Assembly: GCA_964035545.1 (NCBI GenBank)
Contig: OZ037768.1
Span: 13,277,675-13,341,674 of the forward strand
DNA: 64,000 bases
DNA from: Bugula neritina
Taxonomy: Eukaryota; Animalia; Bryozoa
Direction: 5' to 3'
Below the pieces are notes generated by a model, which was not told the DNA's origin, ran no database searches, and saw only the letters and a list, made by a program, of their open reading frames with translations. Made by a program: the position numbers and the translations under genes. Shown piece after piece: positions 1-12,200 of this stretch (the first letter of the stretch is position 1; the number at the start of each line of letters is the position of its first letter).

Positions 1-278
1 TGTTTGTGTTATGAATGCTTTTAAGTGTAGTTTGTGCATACAAATAATAGCATTGTAAACTATACTGTTTCAGCTACTTGGCTATTTTATTTACATTCAA
101 GCATGAATTGTTCTTAATGCAATTTTATCTAGTGCTTAGGTGTTTATATATGAAATGACTATTATAATTAAAATAATGTGGAAGCAATTTTTTATGTTCT
201 TCAGCTAAAGGAATGTTGTAGCTGCTTTCATTGTTGAAGTTAGGAACATTTCACCACTGTTTTCAAAATGTTTTACAG

Positions 279-3200
279 TCAGCAAGTATGGTGTAGGAGA
301 TGAAGTTGATCATACAAGGCCACCACGTAATGCGTCTTCCTCTGTCTCCAGATCTAGAACTAAAGGTCTCACCTCGGCTGGTTCATCTAAGGCTGGTGAG
401 CTTCAATAGATTAATGCATACTTGCTCACTCAAACTTATTCTCAACATTCTGCTGGTTGCGTAATGGAACTCCATTTCACCACCAACCATCAAATTTATT
501 CTGTTCTACCACTTCCAGTGGTGAATACATATTCATAGCATTACCTGATGTGTTTCAGGGGGGATCAAGAGTGTGCCTAAGCGTACACGCTCCATTAGCT
601 TACCTCCTACAGGTACACCAACCCCCTCCTTCCCACTCATTTCCTCTTTCTTGTACACGTATTGTATGGCCTATGATTTACTCCTGTATCAGGTGACTCT
701 ATTGCAGAGTCACCTGATACCCCTGCTGGTCAGTTCCTCCATTCACAGAACAGACTGAAGGATATTTGCTATGCCAAGCTAAGCACTGTATAGTTGGAGA
801 TTATGTTTATTTATTACCTTACTTGTCTCCACTAATGTTCTTATGCCAGTTCTGTTCATAGAAACAGTAGTCATAGCTGTTGATATATCTGAACCTCATC
901 AGTTACTCCGCAGTACAAGGAATGGCCGGCTGTCCCCAACCCGCTTCCCTCCATAGTTCATTTTAGGTCCAGTCCTCCAAGATGTGCAACAGAGCTTACC
1001 CCCAAGTTCTAGTCCATACTATGGGATGTTATATATCTTCTCATTGTTTTTGTTTATATGCTTATTGTTTCATTAGTTATCTGCAAATATCAGCTTTTAG
1101 TACCTGTTGTGGCTACATTTCAAGTTTGCATCATTTAGAAACCAAAGTTTAAATATTTGGTTAAAAGTCTTATTTTTTGTTGAATTTAATCTTTTCTAGG
1201 TGCTGGGGCACTCAGTGAAGACATGTTCACCAAATCCTTTGATCAAGTACCAAAAATACATGTAAGTAAACATGGATCCCATGACTCAACTTACTTATAA
1301 TCCAATTAACCTTGATCTGTTCTCGTTTATACACCCATGGTTGGTGAAAATGATCACTTATCCGGTTTGCTTCAACCAGAAATTGGGTATAACAAATAAT
1401 ATGTATTGTATTAAAGATAATGTGATTAATGAAATAATGTAATTGATTTTCTATTGTTACTGTTATGTAATAGTTCACAGTGAATTTACTTGGTCATTGA
1501 ATATATTGTAGTTGAACAATTGCTGATCCATAGATCAATGACTAATTGCTCTCTTATAATTGGCTGATCAACTATTGCTATTATGTTTGCCTTGTTTTAA
1601 TTTCAACTAATCATTTCTCAAGCCTGTGTTTAATTGTGTTGCTGGTAAGACTGCCAAGGCTGCCTGCCGCCTCTATTTTATTCTTTGGATTTTATTGATT
1701 TTATTGAATCTCATCTTTTGTGGTGAACTTTAATCAGACATTGGCTTTGGCCAAGAATTTGGTGTATAATCGACAGCTAATTTGCTTCTGATTCACTTTT
1801 GTATTGTTTTTATGGTAACATACCTTTAAGGCCTGCATCACCAGCAAATTTACTACAACCCAGTTTTTATGTTAAATCTGTTGAGCTTATTTGGTGATAG
1901 TGGAATATGGAAATGTCACACCATTCAAAATTTTAGTGTCATAACTAAATTTCTGAGTAGCTCTTCAAGTATGCTCTATGTAATAAATGTTATAATATCA
2001 ATATGTGTAATCAATGGTCAATAAGTAGTTCTATTATTATCTTGGTAGCACAGTTTCTTTTATGTAACTCATATTACATGTAAGTATAATATTCTCCATC
2101 TATTTGCCTACATGTAATCAAGTCTCACCCAGACTACATATTCTTCCAATTAATACTCATCATTAGATATTTCCTTTAGTATAACACAGTTGTTTCTCAA
2201 TCACAGATACTGTCTGGCAGAGATGTAGAGGACAAGTTACAGCACGCCATGTCTTTACTTACTAACTCCAACACAGACTGGGAGAAACGAGTACAGGAGG
2301 TGAGTATCACTGTACTGTGTGTTATTGACACACTGTGTGAACCTGTCTGTCAAAGGCTGTGTTGGTATATAACATTTTCTCTCTGCTCTAACTGTCTGCA
2401 ATGGCAATCAGATCACTACTACATGCACTTTTCATAGTCTTTATTCTGCATGCTAACTGCATGAAATCTGCACAAAACACCCCACTCTTGCTGTCCATTC
2501 AAAGTTTTTACTAGAAGTTTGATTGAAAACTGAGACAGACAAACAGACAGGCAAATGATTTCTCTGCCCGTTCTAACAATTCACATGCTCTTATATCATA
2601 TAAAGCTGTTAAGTTTCAAATCTGCGCATGTGGTTCTACTAAGCTAGCTGAAACTCGCTTCCACACTGTAATAACAGCTGCTGTATAGGTGAGAGACCAC
2701 AACTCCTGTACCCTAGTTGTTCTAGACTATCTGTACGCTGACTGTATCTGTTTACAGGTGAAAGTATGCCGGGCAATTGTTCTGGAAGGTGGTGCTAACT
2801 ATGACGAGTTCTATACGTCTCTGAGACAGATGGAGACTGCATTCATGTTGGCAGTTAAAGATCTACGGAGTCAAGTTGTGAGAGAAGCCTGTATTACTAT
2901 AGCGTGAGTGACTGATATGCATATAATACATTTATATATTTATATTTATTGCTTTTCCCAAGTTATTTCCCTTTAATATTGTTATACTAATTAGTTTAAA
3001 TAAGTCAATCAACTGTAATCATTGTCTTATTTTCAATACACATGTAAACCGATTGTCACATTCTAAAATACCAACAATTATTTGACCTTTTCTCCGAAGG
3101 TGATTTTCACAATCAGCTTAATGCTTTTATAGAATCAGTGTCAACATACCTTCTCTACAAAATGGGTGTGCTGTGCTCTTAGTACAACTACAGTGCTCAG

Positions 3201-6200
3201 TTCTAGGAGTGGCCACACAATGCACTTCACATTTTGCAACAGCCAAATGTTTTGCTTGTAGATTTTATGCACAAAACTTGGAGTCGAGGTTGGATCATTT
3301 CTGCGAGGTCATTCTGCCGTCTCTCATAATGCTTGTCTCTAACAGTGCAAAGGTCATGGCTACTTCCGGCTCTACAGCTATGAAGTTCATCATTCAGGTA
3401 TGCGTGTGGCTATCTACCTGCAAGCTCTCTGCTCAACTGTTTCTACATCGATCTATATGTAGAGAACCGTATATTTCAGTTATTTAAATTAATTTTCCGA
3501 ATGCTATTCCAATGCACTTGCATGCTGCATAGTTGTCCTCTCTTTCTCTTATAGCATGTTCATTCACAGAGACTTATACCGATATTAGTGGAGCACACAA
3601 AGAGCAAGTCTAACATCATCAGGAGGTTAGTTTTATCAATTATAGCTGTCACAGAATTCTTTGTGTCTTCCTTTACTTGTTATGTTTTCTAGAAAACAAT
3701 ATATACAAGACCCTTTCTGTCAGATGCTCGAAGCAGCGTGACTGCATATTGTGTAGCACATGGCATGCATTGTGTGTCAAGGTAGAAGCAACTTTAAGGA
3801 CAACTGTTAGCTGACACCTCAGTTGATTAATGTTTTATTTACTTTTGGGGGCTATGAACTGTGGAATTTGTATCTTTTGTAGGGCTTTTACAAATTGCTA
3901 CTAGTTACAGCATCAATGTAAATTACATATTATATAAGCATTCATTGGTTACATGTTGCATGTTTATATTCTTTAAAAGGTAACACAAATGCTGAGTGTC
4001 GTATTGCAACTTTTATTATTGAGCTTTTTGTTCTGAATGAACTCTATGCAATGGTCTTTATTGTATAGCTGTGGTTTTTGTTGTTTGGCAGGTTTTGTTA
4101 TGAGCTGATTGAGGGTTTGCTGGAGTTATGGCAAACCCACGATATAGAAAGACACGTAACGTCTTTGCAGCAAGCAATAAAAAGTGGCATAAGTGATGCT
4201 GATTCGGAGTCGAGAATATTTGCTAGGAAGTGAGTTTCAAGTTACTTACTACACCTACACTTACTCTACTCCTAGTTTATACGCAACTATGAGATGATGT
4301 AATTAACAGTTTCTATATTTAGAATAACTGTAATGGTGCAGGCAATTTAGCTACCTGTGCACTTCTCTCTTCTAATCAATACATGTAGTGTGTTTGTTCA
4401 ATCACAGGGCCTTCTGGTTATTCTCGCAACACTTCAAGCAACATGCTGATGCACTGTATGAGACACTCGATGCTAACCGACAAAAACAACTGCAGGGCGA
4501 GTTGAGTAATGCGTCTAGTTGTAACTCCGTCAACAGTCAGCCCAGTAGCAGACTGCCCACCTCATTCAACGACAGGGTGGACTCTGCACCCCACACCTCA
4601 AATTTCAGGTACTTTGGCTACCCTTAGCCGAAAATAATATATATTTTGTGTTATGGTTATGCCAGGGTTTACTGTTGACTAAAATATATTTCAAATATAA
4701 CTTTTCTCATGAAAGTAGATATTTTGTCTTTTTGCCATTGGCACTGTATATTGTAATATTATTGAACTGGGTCTTAGTTACATATGAAAATGGATTATTG
4801 ATCTGAACCAGTTCAGTATTTACTAATGTCCACTAATCTAGCACGCAGTAGAAATGTTGGTAGACATTACAGGGTGGAGTGGAATGCAATGGAATGAGCT
4901 TTTCTATTTCATAACTTGGCACACCAATTAGTAGTAGTTACCATGGCAACTATGCTAATCATTCAACTAGTAGATAATATTATTTATTAGTTGTTGCTTG
5001 AATATGCAGCATGTTGTTTACAGCATGTTACTCAAATGTTCTATTAATAAGATAATAAATTCTATGCTTCATGAACAAATGTTGTTTTATTTCTGTGCAG
5101 TAACCAGACAAGCCCGTAAGTAGTACATCACACATAGCCTTAGGCAGTGCAATGCTTGTATCCCCTGCTAGTGCGGCCCTTGGCACTGCTCAGTCTTGGA
5201 TTACCCGCACAGCCTGCTTCATCGGAACCAAAGACTCTATATTTTAGATTTTTAAATTAGTTTATTTAGAGTTTTGCATCACAATATTTGCTTCTGTTTG
5301 CTTATTTGGCATTCTGGTTCTGTAAATATTGCACCTTTCTATTTTGGTTTCTATTTTAATGTTTGTGAATGTTGGCTACATGGTGTGTTGATCCAACAAC
5401 ATAAATAATACGTGTGCCTTTCTTACTGTGTTGATTGTATATACAGGAGAGATGGCACAAGGAGTTCAGCTCGTGGACGTTTGGGTGGCACCAGAACTGG
5501 CATCATAAGTAAGTTTTTCTCTTGATTTGTTTTTTATAGAATGTCTGAATGTATTTTTGCGTTGTAATTACCTTTTCCATATCATTTGATTCTGTAATAG
5601 CCTCTGTAACAACATAATGGCAGGTTCAGGTTATGGCTATTTGGCCCCTCCATCGCGTAATATGGGTCGCTCTTCGAGCACCCATGACTTGCCCCATGTA
5701 GTGTCTAGGCCAATACCTAGAACTATGTCTAATAGACTTGGAGAAAGTTCACGTTCTACTGCTGGATCTTATAGTTCTTTGCGTAAGTGCTAGCAGCATG
5801 AAGCATCTCCAGGCGTTTCCCAGAATTCTACTGCATGATGCATTCACCTCGGCCTAGTAGATGAGGCATGAGCACTCCCTGAACTAGAAATCGGGTCTCC
5901 CGTGCTGATTATTCTCGTTGTGTTGTTGTGGTCTGGTATTACTTCCCTGTTCACTCAGCTTGTTGTGTTTCAGTGGCAAAGCGGTACTTGAACATTTCGC
6001 GTGCCTCGTCCGACTACAGTCTTGGACTATATCATACTAACACTAGCAGTGCTAATACTAGTCCTAGGCAAATGCCTGCAGGTTAATAACTTTGAGTTGG
6101 CTGTCAGCACATATAAACAACTGTTTGGCTTTGAATGCTGTTGGCATAGCATGCACAATTCTATATTTGCTTAATAGAAGTCGCACATTTAATTCTGGTT

Positions 6201-9200
6201 ATTAATTACTAATTTTTTTCCTTGTTTTGTATTATTGCACTTTAATTGGTGGAAAGACACACTTATTGTAATTTCTAGAGTGAGTTGTTTGAAATTAACA
6301 ATGCATGTTTGTTTTGCTACTTGTATAATAAGTATTCCTATATTGCAGCAAGACCTCGTAAACCTTCCATCACATCGTCTTATACTGATCATGTCTCCAA
6401 TGGCAACAGTGCACCACCGAAACGTCGAACCTCCCAATCACAGCGTAAGTATTTGCTCCCTATGCAATGGCGGACTTGAATAAATTGATGACCATGTGCA
6501 TTGTAAGGTTGGTTTTGTTTTACATGATTTGAATAATAAATCTAGATTTTGAAATTTTCTAACCTAATCTGATTCTAGTCTCACCAACAGAATCAAATAA
6601 GTTGGAGTTGCCTTCTCCAAATGGTAAGCAAGTGCAGTTTGCTCAGCTAGTAATGCTTCTTTTAATATATCTATTCCGGGGCATACCAGCTGTCGATATT
6701 TACTGGTTGCACTCACTTTCTTGTTAAATCTCATACAGAAGGTCAAATCAGCTGATAGTAATAACATTACATACAGTCTCTCACTTCTTACATAACCCCT
6801 CCTCTGCCTGATTCACTCACTGCTCTCAGATATGACTCTGTATGTCTTTTAACGAACAACAAAGAGGCAGTTATGGTTTTGCAGGGTTCGAAAGTTAAAC
6901 TTGATGTTCTAAACAACTTGTTAATATTCGAAGAAATTCTCACTTCTATAAATTCTGGTACTTACCAATAATTTTTTTGTAAAATATTATATAAGTTCTA
7001 AAATAAATACCTTTTTAGAAAACTTCTCTATTTGCAAGTAAATGTTTAGTGTATAGACACTTTGCCAACTATTAAATTCTAGCTTCCACGTGTAACGTTA
7101 GCTGATAAGCACAGTATAGATCTATTATTGATGGGCTGTCTCAGTGGGAAGCAGCTCCGTACTAAAGAGTTCCTAAAATAGCAGTTGGGGCTAACATTAT
7201 GGTTCTTATTTTAACTTTCAGCAGTTTTTATTTAGGAAAAGGTTTGGTTGAGCTATCATTAAAAAATATTTTTTCTGGTAACATAATACAGATAGCACTG
7301 TTGTTCACCTGTATTGTGTAGTTGTGTCACCTTGTTTGTAGCCGGTAGCCGCTCCAACTCCCCCTCCTCCAGACTCTTTCTCTCTTCTATGGCCTCAGGG
7401 CAATCGGGTGTCACTGGCAGGCCGAGACGTAAATCCAACATCCCTCGTAGCCAAGGTACAAGCCGGGAAACTAGTCCAGCTCGCTATGGGTTTGCTGGTG
7501 GTATGTTATATAGGCATTCTTTTTCAAATCGGTATCTTTCATGATTTCTATAGTTATAAAAACTATATAATTATGTAGTATTGTAAGCAAATATATCACA
7601 GTTGAGTGTTGACTAACCATGATAATCGTTTCAGTAGCTCGTCTTTATAGTTTAATAGAATAGTCGTTGTGTGTAGGTCGAGGGACAACTCCTATTCGTC
7701 AGAGAACATCTAGTCAATCATCTGCCACGGCATCTCCCAGGTATATAGACGGTACGCAAGATACTGCCGATCTGCTCGCACAAAAATTGGTAAGTCCGGT
7801 GTTTGCTGTTCTTTCTGTGTTTTCATTTTCTCTCACCAATAAATTAGTATCATACCAACTGTGTCTGCTTTTTAGCAATTCAGGTAGAGCAGTGGTAGTA
7901 GTTGTAAACAGCTCTGCATTATACTGTTGTTGTATATCAGAGTGGTCAGCTGAATCGAAGGAACGACTACAACAGCGATGACGATGTCGGCAGCGAAGTG
8001 TCATCTCTCCACTCTGAATCCATGTCACAGTTTGGTGCTTCGTCTCGGTGTACAGATGATGTCAATGAAATATTGAGGTTAATGCTAATGTATTATATCA
8101 TAGCTATTGTATAACAGCTCAGACACACTTTGACCATAACGGCAAATGTCGGCCATTCTCAAAAATATCCGAGCTGGCTGTACGACATTACGGTACGTTG
8201 AGGATCAAACACTGTTTGATTAAAAAAATGACGTCGGGCTCTTATTGGACAAGAAGACGTTCGCGTCAACTCATTGGATATAAATGTCCAATGAAGTGTC
8301 ATAAATCTTACGCAATAGCAGACTTCGAGCACTTCAACCCAGACATGTTAAAAATGGTTAATATTTGACGCTACGGTTGACGTAATGGCAAAATGTGTCT
8401 GAGCTGTAACTCTAAGGTAATGAACTAATCCACATCAACTTCTTTCTTCTTTGAAACTTCATTTCCATAGAGTTGTTTTCTCCTTCTAGATGCAGCCAGG
8501 AACTTCTTATGTTTCTAACTGTGGGAGGAAAGAGCTCCTTCTGAATTGTTTCAAGAGTTGGTAGCAACCTTTAAGTTGTTTGATTACAGGTTACTGAGTA
8601 GCAACCAGTGGCATGAGAGGAAGGAGGGCTTAATGTCTCTACAGTACTATGTGCTCAATATTAAAAGTCTAACACCTGTGGAGTTACGCCGAGTGACAGA
8701 AGTCTTTACCAGGATGTTCCATGATCCTCACGCTAAGGTGACTACTTGGTTTCATTTTACTTGAGTTTGATTGTTCCGTTGTCAAGAATCAGTAATGAGT
8801 TGCGGCAATTGGAGCCTTAGAATGCATGATCGGTTACAGTGTAAGAGTATAATGTAGATACGCAGGAAGTGGGTTATAAACGTGGCATGTCTCTTGCAGG
8901 TGTTTAGCATTTTCATGGACACGCTGGTTGAGATTGTCTGTATCCATAAGCATATACTGCATGACTGGCTCTACACCCTGATAACCAAGATGTTTATCAA
9001 GTGCGGTGGCGAAATGCTGGCTTCTGTGGCTGCTAAGGCTCAGCGTACACTTGATACCATCCTGTAAGATTTGGCAATTCATTGCTTTTTTGTTATTAAT
9101 AGTCTCATTAAAAAAGACAACTCCGTATAGTTTCACTCTAAACTCTTTGGTAATATAGCAATAATACTATTCTGTGTTTTTCTCAGGGAGACGTTTGACA

Positions 9201-12200
9201 ATATAAGCCAGTTCAACTGTCTGATGAGATTCGTAGGGGATCCATCACAGAGTCACAATTTCAAGGTATATCAGCGATACTGAGTAGAGTTAGTGGTTGA
9301 AGCTTTACATGCACATTTAACTGCCAGTCCTCTTACCATGCTGCCAGGTTGAACTGGCGCCCTTTCCACATGCTAGTGTAATATCTAATGCAAGATAAAG
9401 TGTCCATTCCCTTTAGTGTGCTACTCTAATGTTTCACCTTCCCATGCTATTAGGATTAGCAACTGTATTTCATGTAATATTTACTTGTGATGTAATGCTA
9501 AATTCATTGTAAACATTTTGTCTGATTTTAGTCGGTTAAGGTACTGTGTTCACTGAAAAATCGTAAGCGTTGCCGGTTGTTTCACCTCTGCTATCCTCCG
9601 TTGATGCATGTGCGACTGACCAATAGCTTATAATCATATAGATTTATTTATCTTTTGTTTTTTTAAGATGTTGGGCCACATGCCCTAACCATTGTCAAAT
9701 TGTGAGCTTCTTGTACATGTGGTGTACATATAGTATGCAGGATGTATCTGCAGTGACCTAACTGTGTATATCCACTTTGCTAGATTGTTGTGGCAATAGC
9801 TTGTTTGTAGTACTTACCACTAATAGCTAGCTTTATAATATCATGCTGCTACTCAAAGCCTTCTGGCTGAAAAATTGCACCACTTTCCAAAACCACCCCC
9901 CTGCGTGCTATTAGCTTCCCGCGGTTATTGATTAACAGTGCCATGACTATTTTCTATGGAGTTGTAAACAGTTGTACCTACAGTAAGGAAGATGCTACCA
10001 TTGCCTGTTGCTATAGTTGGTTCGCGGTTCATGTTTTATGTTATGTCTTTTATTTAATAAGCATTTGTTGTATTTTATCTGATATTAACTATATGTAGAA
10101 CTACAATTTTAGATATAATTTAGAGGAAGGAAAAGACAACCTCTCCCATATTTATGCAATTATGAGACCACTTACAATCAACTCATGAATTTGTTAGTAA
10201 TTCATATTTTGCTCAATGTTTATGAGGTGATAGAGAACAATATGCATATCAATGGAAAGCTAAATATGTTCTCTAAAGAATATTTTCAAAATCAGCTGTT
10301 TTTTGGTTTTTCTAATATGATTTTGAGCCAATATACTCATTTTAGCATTAAGATAGAAATATTTTAGTACAAAAAACTCGTTAATTTTTCTAAAAGTTGC
10401 TTATTTCAGCATACTCTTTGAAATTGAATTAGTTAGCCCGGAAAAGGGTTATTGAGGTTATTAGATGCATCTCAATATTTGGTTGGCCAACTGTTGTTGT
10501 CAATAGCATCTTGACAATGTCCCAGCAGGCTGATAACCAGGTTTGAGAGCCATTCCGGGGATACCACTTTAAACCAAGATCGTATAATGAGAATTTAAAG
10601 TGTAATTTTTACTAGAATATTTCTTTCTCAATGCTAATATAAGACGTGTACATTGGCTCAAAATTTTACTAGAAAGTTTAAGTCAGCTGATTTTAAAAAT
10701 ATTCATTAGAGAACATATTTAGCTTCCCATTTATATGCATATTGTTCTCTATCTCCTCATAAATATTGAGCAAAATACGAATTACTAACAATGAGTTAAT
10801 TGGGTGTGGGCTCACACTTGCGATTATGACTTGCTTCTTAACATGTTGTTTGTTCTTAGTCTGAGCCAAATCTGAATTTCTGCAGGTCAAGTTGCAGTAC
10901 CTACACTACTTACACCAGTTAATGCAGCAGATGGACATGAGCGAGTTCATTAACAACCTTGACACGAGGACTGCAGTGTCTAAAATCATCACTTGGGTGG
11001 AAGAGCCAAAGTCAGCAGAGATTAGAGCTGCCTCCAAATCGGTTATCGCCAGTATGTTCAACCTAAATCCTCCAGAGTTTTCTGCTCTTATCACTGGCTT
11101 ACAAAAGACTGTGCAGGTAATTTACTGGCGTTGAAGTATAAGGTTTAGTAGCTTTCTCCTACGTGCCGGTATTCTCCTACTTAGCGATAACTATTGTAAA
11201 GAGTTGCATGTGACTAAAAATATGGAAGAATGCACAGCTTGCTGTGGTGCACTATTTCTGTACTCTCGTCGAGAAAATTCTGATGGTATAATTTTTCTAA
11301 TTTCAACCATACTTTGTTAAAAATTTATTTAGAGCCAACTTTTCAACTGTTTTTTGATGAAAATAAAAACAAATGGAGCTTCTCACTCAAATTACGGTCA
11401 GACAATTCTCAATATATTGAAAAGTTGAAGCACTGAAATAAAGTAGCCCAGCTTCTACGCATGTGTACGAATCCCCCTGAATAAACTAAATCTTCTACAT
11501 GTTAACTAGATGGTAAACACAACATATATGTAAGCCAACGTAATATATATTGTAGAACACCGCACACAAGGTAATAACTTCACATGTACATGGGCTCTCC
11601 GACGCCCTGGACTCACCTGTTAATCCCCTCAATCAAGTGGGTACCAGACCTAAACTTAGCTCGCCAAACCCAAGAGCTTCACCTAGGTAATTACCTGCCC
11701 CTTGATTTTATTATACAAAGTGGGAATCCTTCATACTTCTGCATTTCTCATTGCCGATGAAGTGTTTATTTCCTAGATTGATTTTGATGTAGTAACATCA
11801 TCTTGCAAATGATTAATGTTATGGGAAAACTTGAATCTAAAAAAGTCACATCTATCTGCATACTAGACCCATGATTCTTCCTTGTTTGGTGTCGTACTGT
11901 GTTAACCCTTAGAATATGCTATTTTCAAGAAATCGGCAGCGGTATGGTTCAAATAGTAGTGCCACTGCAGAGTCACCAGGTGCTGCCTCATCGTCACATC
12001 GGATGAACCCTGATGAAATATTCAAATCAATTCGACAAACAACTGCTGATATTCAAAACCTTAGTATTAATAGGTAGGCCACCTACCCTTTTCTTCTTCA
12101 CTTTTTTTCTCTACTCTATATGTGTGTGTGTGTGTGTGGGTATTTACAGATATCACCAAATTAATTAACTCACTGAATATTGTTTCAACCTCTTGTTGTA

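Noticed and set aside
862-956. Third CLASP linker exon (ETVVIAVDISEPHQLLRSTRNGRLSPTRFPP*)
   Set aside because: Runs into a stop with no convincing donor; cannot be supported without transcripts.
10185-10890. Similar ORFs 10185..10367 + and 10693..10890 -
   Set aside because: Artefact of the inverted repeat arms.
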